A stretch of DNA of 64,000 nt from Eledone cirrhosa (GCA_964016885.1 OZ024741.1:130014001-130078000), one strand, 5' to 3'. Shown: positions 1 through 13,818, numbered from the stretch's first letter. The notes: a model not told the origin generated them from the letters alone. Numbers and translations: made by a program.

Positions 1-173
1 GGCAGAGCTCAAGCCGTTTCGACGGCTATTTATTGAGTCCAGAAATAGCTGTCGAAACGGCTTGAGCTCTGCCGTCGGGGTCATACTTGTTCCTATTACC
101 CACTCTACTACCCTAAGTATTTAGTACTTTGGTGCGTTATGGTCCATCTGGTTCCTTACCACAATTCCTTCGT

Positions 174-175
<2 letters not shown>
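1..175. repeat. Hairpin-containing interspersed repeat (second copy at ~15662-15848)
   Basis: Stem-loop 1-73; shared TTCCTATTACCCACTCTACTACCCTAAGTAT…GGTTCCTTACCACA; both copies border (TA)n. Confidence 0.75.
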
Positions 176-249
<74 letters not shown>

Positions 250-1259
250 GGGGGTTGGGATAGATAGGTACTACATACTTAGACAGACTGACTTAGAGTA
301 CTGCGGCACACATGAAGAAGTCTTCCCACAGGATAAAACGAATACTTCGAAAAATACACATTGTTTCTGCTTCAACAACACCAACATCAACAACAACAGC
401 AACATCATCATCAACAACAATATCGAAATCCTCAAAATTAAATAACAATAACAGAGAGAACATGAATAAAAATAACAATAATAATAATAATAATAATGTT
501 TATTTTGAATAACACTTGCTTTTGATGGCATAAGCTCATCAAAGGAGGCGATGCACCTCCCCAGTATCACAACCGCCACAAGCAACACCACCACCCCCAC
601 TACCACGACCACCCCACCGCGAAGGCCCATCTCCCCTCTATCATCATCATCATCATCATCATAGTCATAGGCGTCGTCGTCAACTTACTCCCCCACCATA
701 TCAGTATATGTGTGTATGTTACTGTGTGTATGTGTTTGTATATGCATATGTGGTGTGTTTTGGCCCATATTTTGATTGCCCTGGTCGTCCTGACATTTAA
801 ATGTAGGTGGTGGTGAAGGAACTGTGTAGTGGCGGTCACAATGAATTTATATGAGATAGAGAGAGAGAGGATTGGAGAGAAAGGGAGAGAGAAAATGAGA
901 GAAAGAAGGAGACAGAGGAGAGAGAAAAAGGAGAAAGAAAAGATAGGAAAAGAACATGGAGAAAAAGAGGTGCTGAGATTAAAGAGAACGTGAGGGAGAG
1001 AGAAGATAGAAGACAGAGAATGGAGAGGGTTGAGAAAGAGAGGACTGAGGGGATAGAAAGGGAGAACGCGAAGATGAAAGAGGAGACGGGGTGAGACCCA
1101 GAGAGTTTTAGATAGACTTACTAAGATAACTGAAAGAGTAAAAAATAGACAGGGTGGTAGGACGAGTCAATTTAGTAAGTGCAAAGAGAGGATCGCGAAT
1201 TGTAAAAATATTAATATAGAATGTAGCAAAAAGGAAGAGATATCGCATGCACGAAAGAA

Positions 1260-1314
<55 letters not shown>

Positions 1315-1404
1315 AGAGTGAGAGAGAGAGAGAGAGAGAGTGTGTGTGTGTGTGTGTATGTGAAGCGTCATATTCTATCTAAATATAATAGTTTCTACAT
1401 TTGG

Positions 1405-1605
1405 CAACAAGGCCAGCAATTGAAAGGAAGGGGAAAGTCGATTAAATCAACCCAATGCGTTAATGGTACTTTATTTTATAGACCGCGTAAGGACGAAAGA
1501 CAAAGCTAACTTCGACGGGATTTGAACTCAAAACGTAAAGGGCTGTAACTATATGCCGCAAAGCCTGTTGTCCGACGATCTACCAATAGTGCCAATCAAC
1601 CGTCC
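1405..1605 (-). mobile_element. Decayed SINE
   Basis: Reverse complement of the family: GGTACTTTATTTTAT…GGGATTTGAACTCA. Confidence 0.7.
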
Positions 1606-1639
1606 TTTCCATCCAGATATAAGGGCAAGTAGAAAAGAC

Positions 1640-1760
1640 AATGGCCTGGAGGAGATTCTCTTCTGGAGCAATTACAACCAGTGTGTTATAGACAATTTCT
1701 TGGTCTGGCAGTGCTACAGAGGAGCATTACTTGTTCAAGATAAATTCTATAGCAAAACTT
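1640..1760 (+). mobile_element. Small decayed Tx1-like ORF2 fragment
   Basis: DNF.VWQCYRGALLVQDK resembles DNFQKSLAWQCYRGALPVRDK. Confidence 0.6.
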
Positions 1761-2117
1761 GCATCAGCTGACGAAAATGTTTAGCATGAACTCTGAAGCT
1801 GCTGACATTGACTAACAGACTGCAGACGGCTGAGGACCAGAGGTGTATTTTCATTGCTTAGCTAAGGCGACACTAACTAACATATTGGTGACTAACGAGG
1901 GCCAGAAACCTGTTTTCACTACTCAGTTAAGGTGCGTCCCTTTTCCGTTTCAAACTTTGTGCACCGACTTCAACTTTAATTTTTCGTGACATTTTTTCAG
2001 CTTAATTATTTTCTCAGCTTAATTATTTTTTAACTTAATCAACTTTTGCAGGCATTCGTTCGGTGCTCACCCATTACTTATTTTTAGGCTTATGTCAAAC
2101 AGCTGTTATTATATATA

Positions 2118-2310
2118 GGACAGTGGATTGGCAGTATCGGTAGAGAGTCGGACGCCATGCTTTCCAGCATAGTTACGTCCCTTTACGGTCTGAGTTCAAA
2201 TCCCGCCGAGGTTTACTTTACCTTTCATCCTTACGGGGTCGATAAAATAAAGTACCAGTAATGCACTGGATAATTGCTGGCCTTGTGCCTAAAGTCGAAA
2301 CAATTATATA
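2118..2310 (+). mobile_element. SINE, same family
   Basis: GTGGATTGGCAGTATCGGTAGAG…GAGTTCAAATCCCGCCGAGG…CTTTCATCCTTACGGGGTCGATAAAATAAAGTACCAG. Confidence 0.85.
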
Positions 2311-3144
2311 TAGGACAGATCTAGTTATCAGCTAGGTCAACCGTCAAGAAAGAATCACCGTTTTAGTTTAGCAAAAAAGAACACGTAGTTTTTCCTCTGC
2401 TTGGTTCTTATGGTGAAAAAATATTGTGGTGTGGACGTAGTTGAATGTGTTGCAGACAAGGCTTTTCATTTCTGCCCCTGTTCTCTTGGCTCCATTAGAT
2501 TCTCCTCGTAGCATGTGAAGAGGAAAGTGAAGGTAGAGAATGTTGGCACTTCGTTTATTCTGATGAACGAATGTTCGGGCTATTTGATCAACGGAACAAC
2601 TTGTTCATTATTCAATATAAATAAGTGTACCTTTGACGAAGTTCTCTGGGAAATTCAGCGTGAGACATTGTGTGCCCAAGCTGACCCTTTGAATTGGGGG
2701 TACAACCCAATTTAGCCAGCTGAATGAACTTTATCAACAGCAAATAAAATAACTAGCTGCCGAGAATCGAAATCACATCATTGCCGTAAAGTGAACCCTC
2801 TAACCACTAAGCCACGTGTCTTAACAGGTAGAGAATGAAGAACTGCCTTGTAAATTTTATGAAGTGCGAGCTAAATTGATGAAAATTGCGTAGCTTAATC
2901 GGTCTGCTTTAATTCGAGATTGTGCGTTGACAGCAAGTTCAGGAAAAAGTCACTTGTATTTGGTGTTTTAGGGTAATTTGGGTGTGGAGGTGTCCAGTAT
3001 CATCCTACTGTGTATGAGAGTGGGTAGAGAAAAGATTTCTCCAATGCAGGTATTGTCCCCACCATCACATTTTGAGTATCTTTTCTTATTGTTATGTGGT
3101 TGTCTATTGCTATTTATTATTTATTGATTACCATACTTTTACAG

Positions 3145-3892
3145 GTCAGTGGCTTAGTGGACTTGCTGGAGCGATGGATGATATATTTTGTAGTTTTTGA
3201 TCAGGCTGTTTTAAATCACGTAGAGATCAACTTTGCCTTTTATCCCCCAGGAGCAATAAAATAATGTACAAGTGATGTACTTGGATCAATATTATCTACT
3301 TTTTCTTTACCCCAAAATTGCTGGCCTTTTTTCTAAATTAAAAATATTAATAATTATTATTAATCTTGCAAGAGCGGTGGATAGGCAGTATCGTTAGAGC
3401 GTCGGACACCCTGCTTCACGGCATAGAGTTACGACCCTTTGCGTTCTGAATTCAAATCCTACCTAGATTAGCTTTGCCTTTCATCCATTCGGGGTTGATA
3501 AAATAAAGTACAAGTCACGCATGGGTTCAATTCTATCGACTTTCCCTTGCCCCCAAATTGCTGGCCTTGAGCCTAAGTTAGAAACCATTATTATAATAGG
3601 TTAACTTTGCCTTTCATCCTTACGGAGTCGATAAAATAAAGTAGTACCAGTAATGCACTGAGTAATTGCTGGCCTTGTGCCAAAAGTAGAAACAATTATT
3701 ATTATAATTAATCTTGGAGTATTTATTCCGGCTATTTATATTCTAAGTTCAATTCCTGTCGGGCTCAACTTTGGCTACCATAGTTCAGGGATCGATAAAT
3801 ATAGTACCAGATATATACTAAGGCCAATTTAATTGACTTTTGACTCTACCATAATCGCTGGAAATGTGGCTAAATTAGAATTCATTATTAAA
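3145..3892 (+). mobile_element. Cluster of about four tandem SINE copies of varying age
   Basis: Repeated AACTTTGCCTTT.ATCC…GATAAAATA…TTGCTGGCCTT…ATTATTA units ending near 3360, 3597, 3708 and 3890. Confidence 0.75.
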
Positions 3893-4479
3893 GCTTTTGC
3901 TTTATAGCTATTGTTGATGTTGTTTTTCTTGTTGTAGTCAACACGGCAACATTATCTTTATTTCCACCACTACCACCAGCACCACTACCACCAACAACAA
4001 CACTGGCATGATGTTGCTGCTCCTGCTGCTGCTTGTATGATTGCAGTTGAATTGAAAACCCCACTACACCCGGCCGGCTCTCTTTCCATTCTTCTTTCTG
4101 TTTATGTCAAACAATTACCACCGTAAATTCGACTAATAAGATCAGCAGACCGTGAACATAACTAGTTTATCAAAGTTGCAGTGTTACAGGCGATGATAAT
4201 ACAGTAACCTATACTTAGTTACGTGTCACAAGCTAATACCCATTAACACTCTAGCGTGTCAGTGTGAGTGTGAGCATGAGTGTTAGAGTGAATATGGAAT
4301 GCTTGCGTCTGTTGATTGAGTGAGTTATTGTGAGAGTGAGGGAGACTATGAAGAGCGTGTATCTGTTTATTGAATGTGGTTGTGTGAGATGTCTTGTTGC
4401 CAGTGTTGTGCAGATGTGTCTACTTGACTGCACACATATGCGTGTCTGCTGAATTAAACAAGTTGTGTGGGTGTATATC

Positions 4480-4658
<179 letters not shown>

Positions 4659-4786
4659 CATATATATTAAAATAACAATTAAAATTTAAGCAAAGAATCG
4701 CTGATTTCACTCTTAGCGGGATCTTTTGATATTTATTTATCCTTATCGAGCCCTCTTTGGATTTTAGTCTTCACATTTATTATTAT

Positions 4787-4882
<96 letters not shown>

Positions 4883-5360
4883 GGTAAACAGAAATAACAA
4901 ATACAAACGGTACAGTATATGGAAGGAATATATTAGTTTAACGCTTAAAAAAGCAGGAAGAGGGTCTTAACTATTCGGACGCTAGTCCTTCACCAGAAGA
5001 AAGGATGAGAAATTAGAAAGATTGAGGGTACGGACATGGCGGAATAGGAACACATTTCTTGAGCAAGACACTTTATTTTACGTTGCTCCATTTCAGTCAA
5101 CTGTAGAAACGAGTTGCGAGGTCACTGTTGCCAAGCTGTATCGACCTTTGTCTTTCCCTTCGACAAGATTACTGACGAGGAGAGGGGGGGGGGACTGGTA
5201 TGCATGGGTGATTGCTGGTCTTCCACAAACAACCTTGCCTGGGCTTGTGTCTCGGAGGGAAACTTTCTAGGTGCAAATCCCATGGTCATTCGTGACTGAA
5301 GGGGGTCTTTTTCCTTTAGCCCCCTCGCTCTGTATATATATACACATATATTGATCTACT

Positions 5361-6048
5361 TCAAATAAGCTCAGAATTGACTATAGGGAAGATCACACTA
5401 GAATACCTTAAAATAAAGGAACCTCATACGCGTATGATTCCAGAGGTGCAATTCATTGTTAAGCAATCTCAATATCTAGGGCTTAACGAATGTCTTCCTC
5501 TGCCTGCAGTTTCACAGAATAAATCCACAGAAATGATCTATCTCATTAATTAAGATAGTCCATCTCTACCAGAAAACTTGTCGGATTATTAGAAAGGTTT
5601 TTCTGTTCCCTCCTATATATGTTAAGTTGACAAACGGTTTTAAATTGACTGCTATTTCTAGTAAAAAAAATTTCTCGTCACCTCGTCTGTTTTATACGAG
5701 TATTTGCCTCGTTTGAAAATTCTGCGCATGTGTAATATTATTGTACACTATACTGGATTTTATTTCGGGCGTGCACGAGATCCGGCAGCATAATTATGGG
5801 AACAGAAAAACCTTTCAGTTAATCAGACAATTTTTGTGGCAAAGATAGGCTATCTTAATTAATTGAAATAGATAGTTTCTGTTGGTTTAGTCTGTGAAAC
5901 TGCAGTCAGGGTGAAAAATCGTTAAGCCCTAGATATTTAGATTGCTTAGAAATAAATTTTGCCTCTGGAATGATACGTGTGTGAGATTCCTTTATTTTAA
6001 TGTTCTCTAATGTGATCTTCCCTATAGTCAATTCTGAGCCTTATTTGA
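5361..6048. repeat. Long imperfect inverted repeat (Penelope-like inverted terminal repeat remnant)
   Basis: Arms 5361-5610 and 5798-6048; decayed hammerhead half GAAAC-TGCA-GTC at ~5896-5907. Confidence 0.75.
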
Positions 6049-6131
6049 GATTTGTATGTATAAATTTCTCTGAATTATGTTCTAAACCATGGTATTCATT
6101 AAGATATAATGTATATGACTGACTAATTTTC

Positions 6132-6190
<59 letters not shown>

Positions 6191-6193
<3 letters not shown>

Positions 6194-6994
6194 AAGAAAG
6201 AAGAGTAACATGGTTGGCTGTACAATAAGGGCTTTATTTAAAGTACTGGCAATTGTTTCGTTGATCAGGTGTGTCTAGAGTTCGCTAATCGCTTGAGGTT
6301 GCGTCAATCGATCTCCAATACATTGTTTACCACTGGTCAACACATCAGAGCACGTAGATATGAAAATAGTTCACTCGATGCAAGATTTATATAGAAAAGT
6401 ATACATCAATTAATCTCTAATTAAAAGTATACATCAATTAATCTCTAATTGATTGTCTTTTCTTTTATCGGACCCTCCACAAATTTATCTACATCTCAAA
6501 TCTGGTTTCTCATGTTAGCAACAAAAAAGCACTTCCTCAAAAACTACTAAAATCTAATTCTACGTACACTCTTTCACTGTTTTATTTCTTTTATTTCTTT
6601 TATTTCTTTGTATTCTCCATTTCCTCATTTTCTTCTTATTATTTTTTAATGTACCTTATCTTATATTTTACTTTTTTACATCTGTAACTACTCTATCTAT
6701 TTACCATACATGTTTTACTATTGATGTTATTGTTTTAATTATACGCTATTTTATTATTGATGTTATTGTTTTGGTGTTACGCTACTTTTCTATATAAGTC
6801 TTGCCTCGAGTGAACTATTTTCATATCTACGTGCTCTGATGTGTTGACCAGTTGTAAACAATGTATTAGGGAATCGATTGACGCAACCTCAAGCGATTAG
6901 CGAACTCTAGACACACCTGATCAACGAACCAATTGTCAGTACTTTAAATAAAGCCCTTGTTGTACAGCCAACCATGTTACTCTTCTTTCTTTAA
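6191..6994. repeat. Long inverted repeat with hammerhead-like motif in each arm
   Basis: Arms 6191-6401 and 6783-6994; GTGCT-CTGATGT-[long stem II]-GAA(A/C)C-AATT-G(T/C)C-AGTAC. Confidence 0.8.
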
Positions 6995-7163
6995 CTATTA
7001 TTACTCCAAGTATAACTTGCATAGAAATTACTGCGAACTTGCTGCATAACTATGAAAACATCTTGTTGAGTCAAACAAAGCCGTACGTTAAAACTATCCA
7101 CGACGCGGAGTACTCTAACTGGATTACCTCTAATTGGATTACCTATAACGATTACTTGTTATC

Positions 7164-7222
<59 letters not shown>

Positions 7223-7230
<8 letters not shown>

Positions 7231-8292
7231 TAAAAGGAATTCCAGCTTTGTCTGATTTACTCGTTTTATTTACAATCCTTTAAAATTTATAATGGTATTA
7301 GAATGAAATAGTATGGTAGAATATTAAATGTTAAGTGTTAATTGAACAAGTACTTTCATGCATTCGCAATCTTCAGGTTCATATTCTGTGGTGACAGTCA
7401 AGTTTGCAATTTTCAACTGTAATGAGATGGGTAAATTTTGTGCCTTATATACAGTGAAAAGTGGCTTCAGAATGCTAGATTCTGAAAACTGTATTTCGAC
7501 CAAATCGGTGTGTAGTTTCACTGGATTACTAAAGCTGATTGGTTTAGGCGTAACGGTTGGTTGAGCATGTCTAACGACTTCTATTTGACCCTATCCAAAG
7601 CATCAATTTTTTGCTATTTTTAGAAATGATGAAAATAGCATTTTCTAGTAATCATCACCAACAACATCACTTTTATTACACAGCCCAAGTGAAATCAAGA
7701 GAAAAATCAAAGAAAAGAATTTTATTGATAAATTCCAACCCAAGCTAAATGAACAATAATAATGGGGTATTACTCCTACTATGACTATGACTATGACCAT
7801 GTCGACTACCACCACTAACAACAAAAACAACAATAATAATAATAAAAGTGATGTTGATGGTGATGATTACTAGAAAATGCTATTTTCATCATTCCTAAAA
7901 ATAGCAAAATAAGTGATGCTTTGATAGGGTCAAATAGAAGTCGTTAGACATGCTCAACCAACCGTGACGCCTAAACCAATCAGCTTTAGCAATCCAGTGA
8001 AACTACACACCGATTGGTCGAAATACAGTTTACAAAATTTAGCATTCTGTAGCCGCTTTTCACTGTATATAAGGCACAAAATTTACCCATCTCATTACAG
8101 TTGAAAATTGCAAACTTGGCTGTCACCACAGAATACGAACCTGAAGATTGCGAAAGCATGAAAGTACTTGTTCAATTAACACTTAACATTTAATATTCTA
8201 CCATACTATTTCATTCTAATACCATTATAAATTTTAAGGGCTTGTAAATAAAACGAGTAAATCAGACAGTTGGAATTCCTTTTATTAATATA
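7223..8292. repeat. Long inverted repeat (~455-bp arms) with hammerhead-like motif
   Basis: Arms ~7223-7678 and ~7840-8292; GAAC-CTGAAGA-TTGCGAAAGCAT-GAAA-GTAC-TT-GTTC at 8137-8173. Confidence 0.8.
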
Positions 8293-8344
8293 ATCTTCTA
8301 TACACAATCATACACACCCGTGTATATTTATTTATCTATATCTA

Positions 8345-8421
<77 letters not shown>

Positions 8422-8434
8422 CTCTCTATCTCTT

Positions 8435-8665
<231 letters not shown>

Positions 8666-8706
8666 ATATATATATATATATATATATATATCTATATATA
8701 TATATA

Positions 8707-8758
<52 letters not shown>

Positions 8759-8915
8759 CATATATATATATAACCAAAAGTTAAACAAGGTTGATTGATT
8801 AATCAATGAATATAGTTTTACAATAGATTAGAAGCACTCAACAAAGAAGTTTTCTGGAGTTATTAATAGTAATTCAAAATGTTAATAAATGGAGACATTC
8901 ACGTACTCAAAATAT

Positions 8916-8985
8916 ATGTTTTATTATATATATTTCGGAGGTACTGTGTTGTTTTTTCAGTACGTCCTCATCAGATAAAATACAT
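8916..8985 (-). ncRNA. Minimal type I hammerhead ribozyme candidate
   Basis: Minus strand: TTTTAT-CTGATGA-GGACGTACTG(11-nt loop)CAGTACCTCC-GAAA-T-ATAT-A-TA-ATAAAA; intact core, 6-bp stem I, 9/10-bp stem II, palindromic short stem III. Confidence 0.75.
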
Positions 8986-9105
8986 AAATTGATGTATGAC
9001 ATGTATATGTAAAGTTTCATCAGGATCGGATCACTGGTGTAGGCGCTAACTGGTTACACACAGACAGAAATTGCCATTTATATATATATATATATATATA
9101 TTGCC

Positions 9106-9144
<39 letters not shown>

Positions 9145-9339
9145 TTTTGAGTTTATGTTGGTTGTATACCAATACCTCAGTATGCAGGCTGGAGCACTCG
9201 ACGAAGTGCGCAGGTTGGTTTGGTTACTCCGGAGTAGTGTAAAATAAAGTTAAATAAAAAGTCAAGAGAGAAAGAGACAGACAGAGAAAGAGACAGACAG
9301 AGAAAGAGACAGACAGAGAAAGAGACAGACAGAGAAAGA

Positions 9340-12300
9340 GACAGAAAGAGACAGACTACGAGAGGGGGATAGCGGGAGGGAGAGAGGGAGAGAGAGAGAG
9401 AGAGTGAATAGACGCTAAAACACGTGCTACAGAAACATTACCTTCCTCTCTCCATTGACTTTGGTCACTGAGGCCGAGGGAATCGCTGGTTGCTATAGAG
9501 ACACCTTGCACAAGCCAGAAGTAACCAGTTCGAGGCGGTTCTGACTTGACACCATGCGAAGAAGGTTGCCATTGAATTTGTGGTTGTTGCTGCTGATAAT
9601 AAGGATCATTTGAAGAAGGTTGCTGCTGATGAGATAATTTATTAATCAGATTGCGCAGTTCCATAACCTACGTTTGATTTGTTCAATTTTTTTCTTCAAT
9701 TTTTTTTGTTGTTTTTTTTTAAATTTCTTATTGGAAAAATATAAATAATAAAATAAGGTTAGAAATTTAAATACAATTAAATACGATTTAATTTCCATTT
9801 CCAGCAGCCAATGTCCAGTGTTCAATTTCATGAAAAAATTGGATATAATTAAAAAAATTGAAGTTTAACTTTTGAACATTTGTTTTGACAATAAAAAAAT
9901 ATTTCCTTATTCACACCTAATGGTATGATTAAAATTTCATAGGAATATTTTTTTCTAACCGCCAGTTATTTAAATATTATTAAAAATAATTTTTTTTTAA
10001 AAAGAATGGAAGATTTTGTGGATTTTTTTACCACCTTCCAAGACTTAAACACTAATTCTCGCGAATTTGTGTTTTGTAATGACCCTCAGGACGCTGCTAT
10101 TGTTGATTCCAATAGTGCCTGGAATTCGAATATGTTAGTATACAATTTTTTGAATAAAATTAAGGCGCAATTAGAGCTGCCAAACAACATTTGTTTCGGC
10201 TTCGGCCCATATTATATATATATATATTGGGGATGATGATGATGATATACATAGTTACATATGTATATGTATTCTCCTTATAATATATAACCAGCAATTT
10301 CTCTGTCTGTCTGTCCGACAGTGGAAACACGTGCGCGCGTGCGAATGTTTTTTGCGCACGCGTAGAGAGAGAGTGAGAGTGAAAGAAAGAGACAGACTAC
10401 GAGAGGGGGATAGCGGGAGGGAGAGAGAGTGAATAGACGCTAAAACACGTGCGCGCGTGCGAATGTTTTTTACGCACGCGTAGATAGAGAGTGAGAGTGA
10501 AAGAAAGAGACAGACTACAAGAGAAGGATAGCGGGAGGGAGAGAGGGGGAAATTGAGGAGTGCTACAGAAACATATATACATTTCTGTGTGTGTGTAATA
10601 TATATATATATATACACACGCAGAAATATATATATATACATACAGAAATATATATACATTTCTGTGTGTGTAATATATATATATATATACACACAGAAAT
10701 ATATATGCATTTCTGTGTGTGTAATATATATATATATATATACACACAGAAATATATATACATTTCTGTGTGTGTAATATATATATATACACACAGAAAT
10801 ATATATACATTTCTGTGTGTGTAATATATATATATATTAGCAGAAAACCACCCGGTGGGTGGTTTTCTGCTAGTCTACTTATATATATAACCAGCAATTT
10901 CTCTGTCTGTCTGTCCGACAGTGGAAAGACGTGCGTAGAGAGAGAGTGAGAGTGAAAGAAAGAGACAGACTACGAGAGGGGGATAGCGGGAGGGAGAGAG
11001 GGAGAGAGAGAGAGAGAGTGAATAGACGCTAAAACACGTGCTACAGAAACATTACCTTCCTCTCTCCATTGACTTTGGTCACTGAGGCCGAGGGAATCGC
11101 TGGTTGCTATAGAGACACCTTGCACAAGCCAGAAGTAACCAGTTCGAGGCGGTTCTGACTTGACACCATGCGAAGAAGGTTGCCATTGAATTTGTGGTTG
11201 TTGCTGCTGATAATAAGGATCATTTGAAGAAGGTTGCTGCTGATGAGATAATTTATTAATCAGATTGCGCAGTTCCATAACCTACGTTTGATTTGTTCAA
11301 TTTTTTTCTTCAATTTTTTTTGTTGTTTTTTTTTAAATTTCTTATTGGAAAAATATAAATAATAAAATAAGGTTAGAAATTTAAATACAATTAAATACGA
11401 TTTAATTTCCATTTCCAGCAGCCAATGTCCAGTGTTCAATTTCATGAAAAAATTGGATATAATTAAAAAAATTGAAGTTTAACTTTTGAACATTTGTTTT
11501 GACAATAAAAAAATATTTCCTTATTCACACCTAATGGTATGATTAAAATTTCATAGGAATATTTTTTTCTAACCGCCAGTTATTTAAATATTATTAAAAA
11601 TAATTTTTTTTTTAAAAAGAATGGAAGATTTTGTGGATTTTTTTACCACCTTCCAAGACTTAAACACTAATTCTCGCGAATTTGTGTTTTGTAATGACCC
11701 TCAGGACGCTGCTATTGTTGATTCCAATAGTGCCTGGAATTCGAATATGTTAGTATACAATTTTTTGAATAAAATTAAGGCGCAATTAGAGCTGCCAAAC
11801 AACATTTGTTTCGGCTTCGGCCCATATTATATATATATATATTGGGGATGATGATGATGATATACATAGTTACATATGTATATGTATTCTCCTTATAATA
11901 TATAACCAGCAATTTCTCTGTCTGTCTGTCCGACAGTGGAAACACGTGCGCGCGTGCGAATGTTTTTTGCGCACGCGTAGAGAGAGAGTGAGAGTGAAAG
12001 AAAGAGACAGACTACGAGAGGGGGATAGCGGGAGGGAGAGAGAGTGAATAGACGCTAAAACACGTGCGCGCGTGCGAATGTTTTTTACGCACGCGTAGAT
12101 AGAGAGTGAGAGTGAAAGAAAGAGACAGACTACAAGAGAAGGATAGCGGGAGGGAGAGAGGGGGAAATTGAGGAGTGCTACAGAAACATATATACATTTC
12201 TGTGTGTGTGTAATATATATATATATATACACACGCAGAAATATATATATATACATACAGAAATATATATACATTTCTGTGTGTGTAATATATATATATA

Positions 12301-13818
12301 TATACACACAGAAATATATATGCATTTCTGTGTGTGTAATATATATATATATATATACACACAGAAATATATATACATTTCTGTGTGTGTAATATATATA
12401 TATACACACAGAAATATATATACATTTCTGTGTGTGTAATATATATATATATTAGCAGAAAACCACCCGGTGGGTGGTTTTCTGCTAGTCTACTTATATA
12501 TATAACCAGCAATTTCTCTGTCTGTCTGTCCGACAGTGGAAAGACGTGCGTAGAGAGAGAGTGAGAGTGAAAGAAAGAGACAGACTACGAGAGGGGGATA
12601 GCGGGAGGGAGAGAGGGAGAGAGAGAGAGTGAATAGACGCTAAAACACGTGCTACAGAAACATTACCTTCCCCTCTCCATTGACTTTGGTCACTGAGGCC
12701 GAGGGAATCGCTGGTTGCTATAGAGACACCTTGCACAAGCCAGAAGTAACCAGTTCGAGGCGGTTCTGACTTGACACCATGCGAAGAAGGTTGCCATTGA
12801 ATTTGTGGTTGTTGCTGCTGATAATAAGGACCATTTGAAGAAGGTTGCTGCTGATGAGATAATTTATTAATCAGATTGCGCAGTTCCATAACCTACGTTT
12901 GATTTGTTCAATTTTTTCTTCAATTTTTTTTTTTTTTTTTTTTTATTTCTCATTGAAAAAATATAAATAATAAAATAAGGTTGGAAATTTAAATACAATT
13001 AAATACGATTTAATTTCCATTTCCAGCAGCCAATGTCCAGTGTTCAATTTCATGAAAAAATTGGAAATAATTCAGAAAATTGAAGTTTAACTTTTGAACA
13101 TTTGTTTTGACAATAAAAAAATATTTCCTTATTCACACCTAATGGTATGATTAAAATTTCATAGGAATATTTTTTCTAACCGCCAGTTATTTAAATATTA
13201 TTAAAAATAATTTTTTTTTTTAAAAGAATGGAAGATTTTGTGGATTTTTTTACCACCTTCCAAGCCTTAAACACTAATTCTCGCGAATTTGTGTTTTGTA
13301 ATGACCCACAGGACGCTGCTATTGTTGATTCCAATAGTGGTATTCGAATATGTTAGTATACAATTTTTTGAATAAAATTAAGGCGCAATTAGAGCTGCCA
13401 AACAACATTTGTTTCGGCTTCGGCCCATATTATATATATATATAATGGGGATGATGATGATGATATACATAGTTACATATGTATATGTAATCTCCTTATA
13501 ATATATAACCAGCAATTTCTCTGTCTGTCTGTCCGACAGTGGAAATACGTGCGCGCGTGCGAATGTTTTTTGCGCACGCGTAGAGAGAGAGTGAGAGTGA
13601 AAGAAAGAGACAGACTACGAGAGGGGGATAGCGGGAGGGAGAGAGGGGGGAATTGAGGAGTGCTACAGAAACATATATACATTTCTGTGTGTGTGTAATA
13701 TATATATATACACACACACAGAAATATATATATATACACACAGAAATATATATACATTTCTGTGTGTGTAATATATATATACTAGCAGAAAACCACTCGG
13801 CGGGTGGTTTTCTGCTAG
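9340..13818 (+). mobile_element. Tandem array (~2.8 x 1614-1615 bp) of a non-autonomous Helitron-like unit
   Basis: Near-identical units (same ORFs at 9356/10970 and 10006/11621); hairpin+CTAG joined directly to TC 5' ends at 10873/10874 and 12488/12489. Confidence 0.8.
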
